Assembly: GCA_963718525.1 (NCBI GenBank)
Contig: OY970355.1
Coordinates: 448,001 to 512,000 of the forward strand
Direction: 5' to 3'
Length of the DNA stretch: 64,000 nucleotides
From: Candidatus Dormiibacterota bacterium
Lineage (GTDB): Bacteria; Chloroflexota; Dormibacteria; Aeolococcales; Aeolococcaceae
Below the pieces are notes generated by a model. The model saw only the letters and a list, made by a program, of their open reading frames with translations. It did not search any database and was not told the origin of the DNA. The position numbers and the translations under genes are program-made. Shown here piece after piece: positions 53,624 through 64,000 of the stretch. Positions within the stretch are counted from its first letter, which is position 1; each line of letters opens with the position of its first letter.

Positions 53624-55564
53624 ATGGCCTTCCAGCCACCCAATCAGCCGGCGCGTCCCGCACCGCCTGGTCCGCAGCGACCCAACGTGCTCGGCTACAA
53701 CCCCATGCGCTGGCGGCGGTTCTGGGTGCTCATCTTCGCGCTGCTCCTGGTCAACATCCTGGTGACGAGCATCATCCAGTCAGCAAGTCAGGCGCCATCG
53801 GTGACCATTCCGTACAACGTCTTCGTCGATCAGGTCAACGCGGGCAACGTGGTCAACATCACGGCGACCGGTGATTCGATCACCGGCACGGCGAAAAAGG
53901 CAGTCAGCGCCGGGCCGGGGCAGCCCAGCGCCAAGGATTTCGCCACCCAGCGTCCCTCGTTCGCGAGTGACAACCTGGAGGCGGCGCTGCTCAAGAACAA
54001 CGTCAGCATCCTCGCCGAACCACCGAATCCACCGACCCCGTTCTGGGAAACGCTCCTCCTCTGGTTCGGACCGACGTTGCTGATCGTCTTCGGGTTCATC
54101 TACCTGATGCGACGAAGTGCCGCGGCACTGGGAGGCGGTGGCGCCGGTGGCATCCTCGGACGGTTCGGGCAGAGCGGAGCCCGCCTCTACAACCCCGAGC
54201 ATCCGGACACCACGTTCGCCGATGTCGCCGGGATCGACGAGGTGAAAGCCGAGTTGGTCGAGATCGTCGACTTTCTGAAGAAACCCGAGAAATACCAGCG
54301 CCTGGGCGGGACCATCCCCAAAGGAGTCCTGCTCATCGGCGCGCCGGGAACCGGAAAGACGCTGCTTGCGCGCGCCGTTGCGGGCGAGGCCGGCGTGCCG
54401 TTCTTCTCCATCTCTGCGTCGGAGTTCATCGAGGCGATCGTGGGAGTCGGTGCGTCCCGCGTGCGTGACCTCTTTCAGAAGGCGCGCGCCGCCGCACCGG
54501 CCATCGTGTTCATCGACGAGCTCGACGCGATCGGACGGTCGCGGTCGGCCGGTGTTCGTCTGGGAGGCAACGACGAACAGGAGCAAACCCTCAACCAGAT
54601 CCTGACCGAGATGGATGGTTTCGACCCTCGCGTGGGCGTGATCGTGCTGGCAGCGACCAACCGCGCGGATGTCCTTGACGCCGCGCTGCTCCGGCCCGGA
54701 CGCTTCGACCGCCGCATCACCGTGCCGTTCCCGGATCGGCGCGGCCGGCTCGAGATTCTCCGCATCCACACCAGGCACATCCCGCTCGGACCCGATGTCG
54801 ACCTTGAAGTGATCGCCTCGCTGACGGCCGGGATGGTCGGCGCAGACCTGCGCAATCTTGCCAACGAGGCAGCACTCGCCGCGGCTCGCCGCGACGCGCA
54901 AGTGGTCAACCAGATCGATTTCACGGACGCCCTGGTGAAGGTTGAGCTGGGATCCGAACGCAAGCTCTCGCTCACCATGATCGACCGCGAACGGATCGCG
55001 TATCACGAATCGGGACACGCGTTGCTCGGGCTGCTCCAGCCCGGGGCAGACCCGGTGCGCCGGGTGTCGATCATCCCGCGCGGTCAATCGCTCGGCGTCA
55101 CCGTGCAGAGCCCTGTCGATGACCGCTTCAGCTACGGCGAGGACTACCTCCGCGGGCGGATCACCGGAGCACTTGGCGGCAGAGCGGCCGAAGAGCTCGT
55201 CTACGGGGTCGTCACGACCGGTGCCGAGAGCGATCTCCGCCAGGTCACCGCGATCGCGCGGCAGATGGTGGTGCGCTACGGCATGAGTTCGAAGGTCGGC
55301 GTGCTCAGCCTCGCCGATGACGTGGACGGCCCTGGGCAGCCCCTGGGGTTCTCACGACCGTACAGCGAAGAGACGGCAGCTCTCATCGACGAGGAGGTGC
55401 GTCGCATCTGCGAGGAGTGTCTCCGCCAGGCCACTGCGCTGCTCAGCAGCAACCGAGGCAAGCTGGACGCGCTTGTCAAGGCACTGCTCGAGCACGACAC
55501 ACTCGGCGAGGCGGAGATCCTCGCGGTCACGGGACTCCAGGCGCCGGTTACAGCACCGCAGTGA
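53624..55564 (+). CDS. ftsH: ATP-dependent zinc metalloprotease FtsH
   Basis: Two TM segments, [35 protein letters not shown]. Confidence 0.95.
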   Translation: MAFQPPNQPARPAPPGPQRPNVLGYNPMRWRRFWVLIFALLLVNILVTSIIQSASQAPSVTIPYNVFVDQVNAGNVVNITATGDSITGTAKKAVSAGPGQPSAKDFATQRPSFASDNLEAALLKNNVSILAEPPNPPTPFWETLLLWFGPTLLIVFGFIYLMRRSAAALGGGGAGGILGRFGQSGARLYNPEHPDTTFADVAGIDEVKAELVEIVDFLKKPEKYQRLGGTIPKGVLLIGAPGTGKTLLARAVAGEAGVPFFSISASEFIEAIVGVGASRVRDLFQKARAAAPAIVFIDELDAIGRSRSAGVRLGGNDEQEQTLNQILTEMDGFDPRVGVIVLAATNRADVLDAALLRPGRFDRRITVPFPDRRGRLEILRIHTRHIPLGPDVDLEVIASLTAGMVGADLRNLANEAALAAARRDAQVVNQIDFTDALVKVELGSERKLSLTMIDRERIAYHESGHALLGLLQPGADPVRRVSIIPRGQSLGVTVQSPVDDRFSYGEDYLRGRITGALGGRAAEELVYGVVTTGAESDLRQVTAIARQMVVRYGMSSKVGVLSLADDVDGPGQPLGFSRPYSEETAALIDEEVRRICEECLRQATALLSSNRGKLDALVKALLEHDTLGEAEILAVTGLQAPVTAPQ

Positions 55565-56609
55565 GCTCTCGCTCACGCGGCGCGGCAACGACCTTGTCAC
55601 TGAGGTCGAAGACGATCCGCCCGGTCACGGCTCCATTGAGCACATCCCGGATCGACTCATTCACGGTATCGAGAGAACGCGTCTCGCGGATCACATGAGT
55701 GCGCCCGCGAGCATGCAGCTCGTACACCTCATCAAGATCCTTGCGGGTGCCGACGATCGACCCGACGATGGTGATGCCGTTGAGCACCGTCTCGAAGATC
55801 GGGATGCTCACCGCATTGTCCGCGGGCAGCGCCACGAACACCAACGTTCCCTTGCGACGCAATGACCCGAACGCCTGCTCGAACGAACGAGGCGACACCG
55901 CGAGTGCGATCGCCGCATCCGCGCCGCCGAGACGCTGGATCGCCGCTACCGGATCCTCTTCGGATGCATTGACCGTGTAGTCCGCTCCGACGTCCGTCGC
56001 CATCGCGAGCTTCTTCTCGGTGAGATCGACAGCAACCACCGTTGCGCCTGCGATCTTCGCGTACTGCACCGCCATGTGCCCGAGGCCGCCGACACCGAAC
56101 ACCGCTACCAGGTCCGATGAGCGTGCGCCGGAGGACTTGACGGCTTTGTAGGCCGTCACTCCTGCACACGTGAGTGGTGCTGCGTCGAAGGGATCCATAC
56201 CAGGTGGGACAATGCCGACGTACGCCGCCGATGCCTTGGCATACTCCGCGTACGCGCCGTCGATTGCGTATCCCGTGTTCAACTGCTTGAGGCACAGCGT
56301 CTCCCATCCGGAAACGCAGTACTCGCACGTCCCGCACGCGTAGCCAAGCCAGGCAAGGGCAACCCGCTCACCTTCCTTGACGCGTTTGACGCCCAAACCA
56401 ACACGCGTCACGAGCCCAACTCCCTCATGACCTGGAACGAACGGAAGGCTTGGCTTCACCGGCCAATCGCCGTTCGCAGCGTGGATGTCCGTATGGCACA
56501 GGCCCGATGCCTCGATGCGGACAACCACCTCTCCGTACCCCGGCGTCGGGATCGGACGCTCATCGAGGACGAGCGGTTGACGGAAATCATGAACGACCGC
56601 TGCTTTCAT
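55548..56609 (-). CDS. adhP: Zn-dependent alcohol dehydrogenase (AdhP type)
   Basis: GLCHTD, PGHEGVG, CGTCEYC...C, CAGVTAYKA, GVGGLGH, GSIVGTR. Confidence 0.9.
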   Translation of the reverse strand: MKAAVVHDFRQPLVLDERPIPTPGYGEVVVRIEASGLCHTDIHAANGDWPVKPSLPFVPGHEGVGLVTRVGLGVKRVKEGERVALAWLGYACGTCEYCVSGWETLCLKQLNTGYAIDGAYAEYAKASAAYVGIVPPGMDPFDAAPLTCAGVTAYKAVKSSGARSSDLVAVFGVGGLGHMAVQYAKIAGATVVAVDLTEKKLAMATDVGADYTVNASEEDPVAAIQRLGGADAAIALAVSPRSFEQAFGSLRRKGTLVFVALPADNAVSIPIFETVLNGITIVGSIVGTRKDLDEVYELHARGRTHVIRETRSLDTVNESIRDVLNGAVTGRIVFDLSDKVVAAPRERELTAVL

Positions 56610-56800
56610 CAGCTTCTCCAGGCAATATCGGTTGACGAGATGCTGATGAACGTAGTCCAGTCGCCGGTGTACTCACCAGGGCCCTCGGCCATCAAACGTG
56701 CGCCGTTGGTCCCGAAGTGTTCGGGTCATGTGCGCGTTCGAGTGCGGTGTCGTGCGCTCGCCTTCGACATCGAGCTGGCCGCGATTCGCCGGCGGCCGGC

Positions 56801-57217
56801 CTAACCGATGACGACAGCGTCGGTCAACGCATCGATGCCGGCGAGCCGTGCGGCCAGTTCCGGACTCAGGTCGTAGCGCGCGGCGAGCGCGCCCGGTGAC
56901 GTGTAGCTGACCCTGGTTTGATCTCCGTCCGCCCAGACCAGCACCTTCAGGGGCAGATCGAGGGCCGCCAGCGGAGATGCCTGCATCACCGGCGTTCCGG
57001 CTTGCGGGGAGCCGAAGACCACGACCTTGGTGTCACGCAACGCAACTCCCACGTTTGCAGCCTCTCCACTGTGATCGATCACCGCGAATACCTTCATGCC
57101 TTTCGAGGCCACGAGCGTGAGCAGGCGCGAGACGGTTTCGGCAACTGACAGGGGGCTCAGCTTGGTGGTCACGCCAGCTCGATCAGGCCGAGCAACCGAT
57201 GCCGATTCATTGGTCAT
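56801..57217 (-). CDS. DUF302 domain protein
   Basis: FAVIDHS..A...G......VVFGSPQAGTPVMQ......LDLPLKVLVW. Confidence 0.85.
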   Translation of the reverse strand: MTNESASVARPDRAGVTTKLSPLSVAETVSRLLTLVASKGMKVFAVIDHSGEAANVGVALRDTKVVVFGSPQAGTPVMQASPLAALDLPLKVLVWADGDQTRVSYTSPGALAARYDLSPELAARLAGIDALTDAVVIG

Positions 57218-57236
57218 GGTCGTGCCTCATGCATGG

Positions 57237-57608
57237 TCAGTGGTGCAGCCGCGTCTGGTCGATGTCGCCGTGGTCCATCCCGAAGTAGTGCGCAACTTCG
57301 TGCAAGAGGGTGTCGTGCACCTGGTCGACCAGTTCCGCGCGGGTCCTGGACCACCGCTCGATGTGGTGCTGCAGCAGGACGATCCGCTTGGGATACCCCG
57401 TGGCGCTGAACGTCGACTCGGTGGCGCCCTGGAAGTAGCCGAGCACGTGCTCGCCGATGCCGTGCCCGCGATCGTCGTCGGTGGCGTCAGGCTGAATCGT
57501 GATCAGCAGATTGTCGGCGTCCATGCGGGCGCGCAATTCCGGCGGGATGCTGTCGAGAGCTTCGGCAGCGATGCTCTCGAATTCATCCGCGGAGACCTGA
57601 TACGCCAC
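57237..57608 (-). CDS. Minimal zincin-like metallopeptidase (Zincin_1/DUF1025-like)
   Basis: FE..AAEALDSIP, LGYFQG, RIVL, TLLHEVAHYFG (HExxH). Confidence 0.85.
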   Translation of the reverse strand: MAYQVSADEFESIAAEALDSIPPELRARMDADNLLITIQPDATDDDRGHGIGEHVLGYFQGATESTFSATGYPKRIVLLQHHIERWSRTRAELVDQVHDTLLHEVAHYFGMDHGDIDQTRLHH

Positions 57609-57851
57609 CCACTGAGAATGTCACAAGGCCGCCGACCCGGTGGGAGTGGACCCGCCGCGGTGATGCGGACGGATCGTGGTCAGCCGGCGCTCACCGGATT
57701 CGCGTTCGTCGATGAGTTCGCCGCGGATGCCGATCCACGCGAGGTTGCCCTCGCGGGTCGTGGCGCTGGTGAAGCGGTCGCGAACCTCGACTAGCCCCCG
57801 ACCGCGCCGGCAGGTGGTCCGGCGACCCGCTTGCCCTATCCTCACCGGGCC

Positions 57852-58874
57852 ATGGCCACTCAGCACGCCGAATATGCCATCGAGGTCTCAGGCCTCCACA
57901 AGTCCTTTGGCAAGGTGCACGCCCTGCGCGGGATCGACTTCAACGTTCCTAGAGGCAGCGTGCTCGGCATGCTCGGCCCCAACGGTGCCGGCAAGACCAC
58001 CGCGGTGCGCGTGCTGACAACGTTGCTCCGCCCGGACTCCGGGCGCGTGGTCATCGAGGGATACGACGTGGTGCGCGACGCTGCGGCAGTCCGGCGGTGC
58101 ATCGGGCTTGCCGGCCAGTCGACCGCGATCCAGCTCGAGCTGACCGGGCGCGAGAACCTCGAGATCATGGGTCGCCTCAATCACATGGAGCGACACACGG
58201 TCCGGGACCGAGCCGCTGCGTTGCTCGAGCGCTTCGCTATCGCGGAGGCCGCGGACCGGCCGGCGAAGACGTACTCCGGAGGGATGCAGCGCCGGCTCGA
58301 CCTTGCCGCGAGTCTCATCGCCGAGCCGTCGGTGCTCTTTCTCGACGAGCCCACCACCGGGCTCGACCCGTACGGGCGCCTCGGGATGTGGGAGATCATT
58401 CGGGAGCTCGTCGAACGCGGTACCACGTTGCTGCTGACGACGCAGTACCTCGACGAAGCTGATGAGCTCGCCAACACGATCGTCGTTGTCGACCGTGGCG
58501 AGGTCATCGCCTCGGGAACCCCGGATCAACTCAAGAACCAGGTCGGCGGCGATCTCCTCGAGTTCACCGTTCCCGATCGGGCGAAGCTCGACAATGCGGT
58601 GCGTGCGGTCGAGGGCCTGTCGGACGCCGCTCCCACCGTCGACCCCGAAACACGGCGCATCAAAGTGCCGGTCGGCAGCCGCGGATCAACCGCATTGGTG
58701 GAGGCGGTGCGCCGGCTGGACGCCGCCGGCATCGCGACCGAGGATCTTGCCCTGCACCGGCCGTCGCTCGATGACGTCTTCCTGGCAGTGACCGGTCACG
58801 CTGCAGAGGCATCGTCGGATGCCATTCGCAAGTCCGCGTCGCCCTCGAAAGCCTCTGCGGGAGTGTCATCGTGA
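57852..58874 (+). CDS. DrrA-type ABC exporter ATP-binding protein
   Basis: GPNGAGKTT, YSGGMQRRLDLA, LFLDEPTTGLDP, TTQYLDEAD, PSLDDVF. Confidence 0.92.
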   Translation: MATQHAEYAIEVSGLHKSFGKVHALRGIDFNVPRGSVLGMLGPNGAGKTTAVRVLTTLLRPDSGRVVIEGYDVVRDAAAVRRCIGLAGQSTAIQLELTGRENLEIMGRLNHMERHTVRDRAAALLERFAIAEAADRPAKTYSGGMQRRLDLAASLIAEPSVLFLDEPTTGLDPYGRLGMWEIIRELVERGTTLLLTTQYLDEADELANTIVVVDRGEVIASGTPDQLKNQVGGDLLEFTVPDRAKLDNAVRAVEGLSDAAPTVDPETRRIKVPVGSRGSTALVEAVRRLDAAGIATEDLALHRPSLDDVFLAVTGHAAEASSDAIRKSASPSKASAGVSS

Positions 58875-59698
58875 GCCTGGTCGCACGACGGGCTGATATC
58901 AGAATCCAGCCGAGCGCCGTGCAGATGGCGCGCTGGGCGATCAGCGACACCCTGGTGATGACGCGTCGCAATCTGCTCGTGTGGATGCGCGTTCCCGCCT
59001 ACATCGTCTTCACGGTGGTGCAGCCGGTCATCTTCGTGCTCCTCTTCCGGTATGTCTTCGGTGGCGCAATCCGGGCTCCGGGATCAGGTGGGTATGTCAG
59101 CTACCTCATGCCCGGGATCATCGGGCAGACAGCTGCGTTCGCAACCTTCGCAACCGCCATCGCCCTGGCGCAGGAGGCAACGAAGGGAGTCATCGACCGT
59201 TTCCGGGCCATGCCGATGGCTCGATCGGCGGTGCTCGCAGGCAGGCTGGTGGCGGACTCGATCCGGATGCTGATCGTCATCCTCGTGATCGTCGGCGTCG
59301 GGTACGCGGTGGGCTTCCGATTTCAGAACGGAGTGGTCGGCGCCATCGGCATGATCCTGCTCGCCGAGGCGTTCGGCATCGCCGTGTGCACGGTTTCCGC
59401 ATTCGTGGGACTCGCGATCAAGGACGAGGAGTCCGTCCAGGCCTTCGGCCTGATCTGGATATTCCCTCTGACGTTTGTCAGCTCAGCGTTCGTCCCGATC
59501 GCGACCATGCCCGGGTGGCTCCAGGTGTTTGCGAACAATCAGCCGGTGACGCTGGTGATCAACGCCATGCGTGCGATGGCGCTGGGCGGGCCGCAATTCC
59601 CGCTCAACCCCGCTCTCTGGGAGAGCCTCGTGTGGCTCGCAGGCGTGATGATCGTCTTCACTCCCCTCGCCGTGCGCAGCTACAGGCGGGTCGGATAG
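58871..59698 (+). CDS. DrrB-type ABC-2 permease
   Basis: QPVIFVLLFRYVFGG, IDRFRAMP, SSAFVP...MPGWLQ.FA..QP; six TM segments. Confidence 0.92.
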   Translation: MSLVARRADIRIQPSAVQMARWAISDTLVMTRRNLLVWMRVPAYIVFTVVQPVIFVLLFRYVFGGAIRAPGSGGYVSYLMPGIIGQTAAFATFATAIALAQEATKGVIDRFRAMPMARSAVLAGRLVADSIRMLIVILVIVGVGYAVGFRFQNGVVGAIGMILLAEAFGIAVCTVSAFVGLAIKDEESVQAFGLIWIFPLTFVSSAFVPIATMPGWLQVFANNQPVTLVINAMRAMALGGPQFPLNPALWESLVWLAGVMIVFTPLAVRSYRRVG

Positions 59699-59722
59699 CC
59701 GCAGCGACGAGGCTTCTGGCGC

Positions 59723-60904
59723 TCAGAGACCCTTGGCCCCATTGGGCGTCCCGATGCCGGTTGGGGCGTCGTAGCCCTTGACACCATTGCACAGGTAATT
59801 CTGGAGGCTGCCGCAGGATCCGTTCGAGCCACCGATCACATCGAAGAAGCCTCCAACGTGGTGATACGCGTATCCGGGCGACATCGTCTTTCCGTTGCCG
59901 GCGAGCCCGACGACACCTGCGATGAACGGCGACGATGCGCTCGTCCCACCCACCCCGATCCATCCCGGGTTGAGGCCGTCGAATCCCGGCGGGAAGCTCG
60001 TGTCGTAGACGGCGAGACCGGGGTTCGGGTCAGCATCGGCTGAAACATCGGCGACGGTGCGCATGAAGCAGTGATTGCCAGGCTGCCAGGACGGCTTGGC
60101 GATATATGCCGAGCAGCCGCTCCCCGCCCCGTTCCAGGCGATCTCCGACCAGCCGCGAGCGTTGCTCGCGGGTGAGAGAGTCGTGCCGCCCACGGCGACG
60201 ACATTCGACATCACCGCCGGGAAGTTCGCCGCTCCGAAGCCGAAATCGCCGGAGGAGACCAGGATCGTCGTTCCCGGATGGCGGTAGTACTTCTCGAATT
60301 GCTGCATGCCATTGAACTCCGCGAGCCCATAGCTGTTCGAGATCGCCGCAACCCCGAGACCTGCCGCGGTGTCCTCGGCGATGCCGAGATCCAGGACCAA
60401 GGAGCTCGACGCCTCAACGAGCACGATGTGGCACAGGGGGCATGCCGCCGACACCATGTCGAGGTCGAGGGAGATCTCGATGCCCCAACCAGGATCGGCG
60501 CTGGGATAGGGACCCGCCGTGCCGGTTTCATTCAGCTTGCGGAAACAGCCGTTCGAGGTCGTGCACGGCGCGAGCCCGTTGGTGCTGCGGTACGTCGCCA
60601 GATCGGCCTCGGCGGTGGGGTCGTCGAAAGCGTCGACAACCGCAATCGTCTGGCCTGCGCCCCGGCTGACCGGCAACCTGTACGCACTCTCGAGCTGGGA
60701 TGCGACGTATCCGGCGATCGTGGTCGTGGAGTGCGCGATCGGGCGTTGTGTCACAACGTCAGCGAAACAGCGCGCCGCACCCGGTGGGGCGACGCCGCAC
60801 GCGTGCGTCACGCTGGGTGCGGCGGATGCCGCCGCGCGAGCTGTCGCCCCGCCCGCAAATGACGCGACCAGCAACGACCCGACGGCGATCCACTGTGTCT
60901 TCAT
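59723..60904 (-). CDS. Secreted S53 (sedolisin-type) serine peptidase
   Basis: Signal peptide; EISLDLD (Glu/Asp), SSGD (oxyanion Asp), GGTSAS (Ser), YDAPTGIGTP; GAAGGA RBS. Confidence 0.85.
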   Translation of the reverse strand: MKTQWIAVGSLLVASFAGGATARAAASAAPSVTHACGVAPPGAARCFADVVTQRPIAHSTTTIAGYVASQLESAYRLPVSRGAGQTIAVVDAFDDPTAEADLATYRSTNGLAPCTTSNGCFRKLNETGTAGPYPSADPGWGIEISLDLDMVSAACPLCHIVLVEASSSLVLDLGIAEDTAAGLGVAAISNSYGLAEFNGMQQFEKYYRHPGTTILVSSGDFGFGAANFPAVMSNVVAVGGTTLSPASNARGWSEIAWNGAGSGCSAYIAKPSWQPGNHCFMRTVADVSADADPNPGLAVYDTSFPPGFDGLNPGWIGVGGTSASSPFIAGVVGLAGNGKTMSPGYAYHHVGGFFDVIGGSNGSCGSLQNYLCNGVKGYDAPTGIGTPNGAKGL

Positions 60905-60935
60905 CGTGGTGTTTCCTTCACGTGGTCGACCGTTC

Positions 60936-63143
60936 TCATGGGAACGCATACGCGTTGAGGATCGTCTGATCAAGCACGCCGCCGTCGGCATCTGTGACGC
61001 TGATGCGGATCGCCGCCGTTCCGGCGTGACTCGGGTCGCTGTAGCTCACCGCGTAGTTGTTGGCGCCGTTCGGGCTCACCTTCGCCGCCACCCACGTCGA
61101 CCCACCGTCGAACGAGATCGAGACCGCGGCCGAGGTCGTCGCGATGGACGCGCCAAGCATGTGCGAGATGCCCAGCTGGAAGGTCACCGAGCCTGACGCA
61201 ACATGACCGGTGTCATCCTCGGGGAGCTGATAGCTGGGGAGCATGAGAGCCACGACGCTGCACCCGACGCTGGTTCCGCTGAAGCACACCCATCCCGTGG
61301 GAGGTGGCGCGCTCGTTGCGCCGGGGCTCGAGAATCCCCACGTCGTGGTCTGACTCGTGGACAGCGTTCGCCATGGAGCGCTGGTGACGACGCTGTACTT
61401 CAGCTGGTACGTCGCGGCACCCGATGGGATCGGCACGCTGATCCCGAGCGGGTCCGGACCGGCGCTGATCGGGACCCCGTCACGCCAGAGCGTGTACGTG
61501 TCTGTTTCGGTGAGGCCCGGTGCCGGGAAGTTGGGAAATCCGGTATGGCCGGGCGGGTTGTCCCCATACGGGTACACCGCGAGCTCGAGCATCCCCGCCT
61601 CGGTGCACGCAGGGCACGCCTGGACCACGGGGTATACGGCGCCGGCGCCGGTGTCGATGGAGACGCCCGGGCCAATCGGTCCGCGGTTCCAATCCGCGCC
61701 ATATGCTGTCGCCGGTGCCAGCACCCGAGGCAAGTCCTGGCTCAGCCCACCGAACGAGTTGGCATCGGCGACAACCTGTTGCAGCCACAGCAGGTCGGAC
61801 GCGGCGAGCACATATTCCGTCCGATCAAACGGCCCATTGAAGTTGTCGAACGTGCCGAATGCAATGAACTGCCAGGGGAAGAACGACTGGCGGATCTCCG
61901 CCTCCGGGTTGCCGGCGACATCGCTGGAATACCGCGTGGCGACGGTCGCGAGTTGCGCTGTCTTGACGGCGTGGCGCTGCTCTGCCGAGATTGCCCCCGA
62001 GGAGCCGTACGTCAGGTCATACGAATACGCGGTGGGGCTTGCCGCCGGTGAATCGAGGTGGAACGAAGCCACCCACCCCTGAGTCCCCACCGCGGGCGCG
62101 GGGGTGGGACTCACGTACGCCGCGAATGGTGGCAGGCCTGCGCCGAACGACCATGCCGAGCCGAAGCTCGTCCCGCCCGTTTGCCCCGCGCTGTCGCGCT
62201 GCCAGGTCACGCTGGCAGACCCGACGCCGGTCGGCATCGGCGTGGCCACCGCGATCCGTGCCGTCGCGGTGCGCGCATCGACAGTCACCGCCGTGTTCCC
62301 GTGGACCGTGAAGTCCAGGATGGCGATGTGCTCCTGGCCGCTCGGGGGAGGTCCTCCAGCCCCGGTGCCGGAAAATTGCACGAAGTCGCCGATCATCGCG
62401 TAGTGACCGTCGGGGACGCTCACCTTGAAGATCCCCTTGTACCACTGCTCCAAGCCGACGCCCGCGCTGTCGAGCGCGTTGCCGGTGTTGAGGAGGATGG
62501 CGAGGTCGCCTGTGTCGGGTGCACCCTTGAAATCGATGCCGTTGACGGTCAGCGTGTGGAGTGTGAAACCGGGCGCTCGCTGCCGCGCCGCTGACACCGC
62601 GGCCGCCAGGCTGACCCGGTCGATGTTCGTGAGCGCGCCAGACGCAAGCGCCGACTGAAGCCCCGCACCGGATGAGGCGGTGACCACGCCGTCGGTGGTG
62701 CCGGCGGACACGCTGACGGGGTGGACGAGCCAGGGCATCGCCGGAGCGGACGTGCCGTGCCAGGACACCTGCACGGGAACCTGACCGGGAGCTGCGGCCT
62801 CCGCCTGGATCAGCGCGTCGATCCTGAACAGCGTCGGATCCAGCTGCACTCCGAGACTGTGCATGACCACGGCCGGCAGCACGTACCAGGCCGAATTCGC
62901 TTCGAACGTGACCATCGGCGTGGCCGGCTTCGACACGGTGTTGAACGCAACCGCCCCGTTCGGACCGGCGCTCTCGAGGACGCGCTCTCCGGTGACCAGC
63001 GTGATCAGGTGGTCAGGCTGCGCGGCCCTCACCGCGGAGCTCGCGGCTCGATGCGCGGCGACCGGCGATACACCGGCGACGGCCGCGACCGCGACGGATC
63101 CCAACAGCGCTGTCAACGTCCGGATCTGATGGCGGTGCGTCAC
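60936..63143 (-). CDS. Large secreted protein resembling actinobacterial S8 protease N- and C-terminal regions, with no catalytic domain
   Basis: Signal peptide; ITLVTGERV...YVLP...LDPTLF; C-terminal VSISFDGGSTW...D.DG..LDQTILNAY; GGGAGG RBS. Confidence 0.7.
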   Translation of the reverse strand: MTHRHQIRTLTALLGSVAVAAVAGVSPVAAHRAASSAVRAAQPDHLITLVTGERVLESAGPNGAVAFNTVSKPATPMVTFEANSAWYVLPAVVMHSLGVQLDPTLFRIDALIQAEAAAPGQVPVQVSWHGTSAPAMPWLVHPVSVSAGTTDGVVTASSGAGLQSALASGALTNIDRVSLAAAVSAARQRAPGFTLHTLTVNGIDFKGAPDTGDLAILLNTGNALDSAGVGLEQWYKGIFKVSVPDGHYAMIGDFVQFSGTGAGGPPPSGQEHIAILDFTVHGNTAVTVDARTATARIAVATPMPTGVGSASVTWQRDSAGQTGGTSFGSAWSFGAGLPPFAAYVSPTPAPAVGTQGWVASFHLDSPAASPTAYSYDLTYGSSGAISAEQRHAVKTAQLATVATRYSSDVAGNPEAEIRQSFFPWQFIAFGTFDNFNGPFDRTEYVLAASDLLWLQQVVADANSFGGLSQDLPRVLAPATAYGADWNRGPIGPGVSIDTGAGAVYPVVQACPACTEAGMLELAVYPYGDNPPGHTGFPNFPAPGLTETDTYTLWRDGVPISAGPDPLGISVPIPSGAATYQLKYSVVTSAPWRTLSTSQTTTWGFSSPGATSAPPPTGWVCFSGTSVGCSVVALMLPSYQLPEDDTGHVASGSVTFQLGISHMLGASIATTSAAVSISFDGGSTWVAAKVSPNGANNYAVSYSDPSHAGTAAIRISVTDADGGVLDQTILNAYAFP

Positions 63144-63206
63144 AGGTCCTCCCTTGTCATCCCTTGCCTTCGAACCCCTCGCCCAGCCTGCCCGAGTGTG
63201 GTGACC

Positions 63207-64000
63207 TTACTGGAACCAGCCCTCGATGTCGAGGATGGCGTTGGTGTTCCCGGCGCCATTGAACAGCGTCACGTCGCCGGCGACCAAGCCCGTCGTCGGG
63301 AGCTGCACGACGACAAGATTCGCGAGTACTTCGCCGGCCGCCACGTTGATGTCCGATGCGCCCGGCAGGCCCAGATTCGCCGGGTAGAGCGTGAGATACG
63401 TTCCCCGGTCCGGGAGGACCGCGGTGAGGTTGCCGATGACGGCCCGGACCACGGGGCTCCCGGACGGGATCCCATACACCCCCGCCACCGTGACGAGCTT
63501 CGACGCCTGCGCCCCCAGCTCCGGGCCCGCGCAGCGCACGCCGGACGTGCTCCGCGTGTCGCAGACCCGGGTCGGGCCGATCGCCTGGTACTGGTATCCA
63601 GGCGGCGCGGCAGCACTCCCTAACCAGCCGTTCGCGTCGATGTAGATGTTGATGACACCGTTCGAGCTGTAAACACAGACTGACGTGTCCGGCCCTCCGG
63701 TGGTCGCCGGACCGAGGGATACCATGACGCGATTCGCGACCACGGCCGCCGCAGCCAGGTTGACCGTGGAGAACGGCGGCGGGGCTGACCCGGAGTACGC
63801 ACAGGTTCCGCCAGGCGTCGTCGGGAACACGCTGAGGTAGGTGCCGGTGGACCCGACCACGCCGGCGATGTTGAGCACCGCCACTGCCGCATGCGTTCCC
63901 GGGATTGCGTCGGTCCCGGTTCCGGTGACGTTGATGATGCGCGGTTGCCCGCCCAGCAACGCGCCCTGAGACTGACACGCAGTGCGCGGCACACCGCTCC
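63207..64000 (-). CDS. Secreted/surface protein, C-terminal repeated beta-domains (truncated at window edge)
   Basis: Two repeats of PTR..DTR...NLTAV...TYLTLYP...S.IN......AN.V.V...G.V..(F/Y)N..G......D..GW. Confidence 0.7.
   Translation of the reverse strand, partial: SGVPRTACQSQGALLGGQPRIINVTGTGTDAIPGTHAAVAVLNIAGVVGSTGTYLSVFPTTPGGTCAYSGSAPPPFSTVNLAAAAVVANRVMVSLGPATTGGPDTSVCVYSSNGVINIYIDANGWLGSAAAPPGYQYQAIGPTRVCDTRSTSGVRCAGPELGAQASKLVTVAGVYGIPSGSPVVRAVIGNLTAVLPDRGTYLTLYPANLGLPGASDINVAAGEVLANLVVVQLPTTGLVAGDVTLFNGAGNTNAILDIEGWFQ

Noticed and set aside
57609-57840. Short ORFs in the gap between the zincin and ABC genes
   Set aside because: No convincing start, RBS or family motif on either strand, so I left it unannotated.

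Overview
This is a high-GC, gene-dense bacterial window, almost entirely metabolic housekeeping. The mix of actinobacterial-like and Chloroflexi-like genes suggests a soil Terrabacteria lineage such as Ca. Dormibacterota; that placement is inference only. In order, it holds: an F420 cluster (Ddn-type reductase, EamA, cofC-cofE-cofD, PPOX oxidoreductase, fgd; no Fo synthase in the window); a membrane GGDEF-EAL-REC protein; an aminotransferase-glcDEF-FAD oxidase operon; an aminotransferase III/GH63/DHDPS-family operon; hppD divergent from paaABCDE, which faces a paaI-paaK-MaoC-2xECH-E1a/E1b/E2-ilvE operon; xfp-ackA; an MFS/HxlR pair; an NdvB-like GT2; gltBD; a DAHP synthase-chorismate mutase fusion; ftsH; adh; a DrrAB-type ABC exporter; and three secreted proteins (an S53 protease, an S8-like protein without its catalytic domain, and a partial repeat protein). 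I found no rRNA, tRNA, CRISPR array or mobile element. The most striking signal is that all four frameshifts I found are one extra A in the same motif (GASTC read as GAASTC on +), and a D-to-N change in a conserved GltB motif also falls on a GAGTC site. This points to a GASTC/GANTC DNA-modification footprint in the sequencing rather than real pseudogenes. Leaderless-type TANNNT-N6-8-start promoters recur, including a 19-bp bidirectional one between hppD and paaA.
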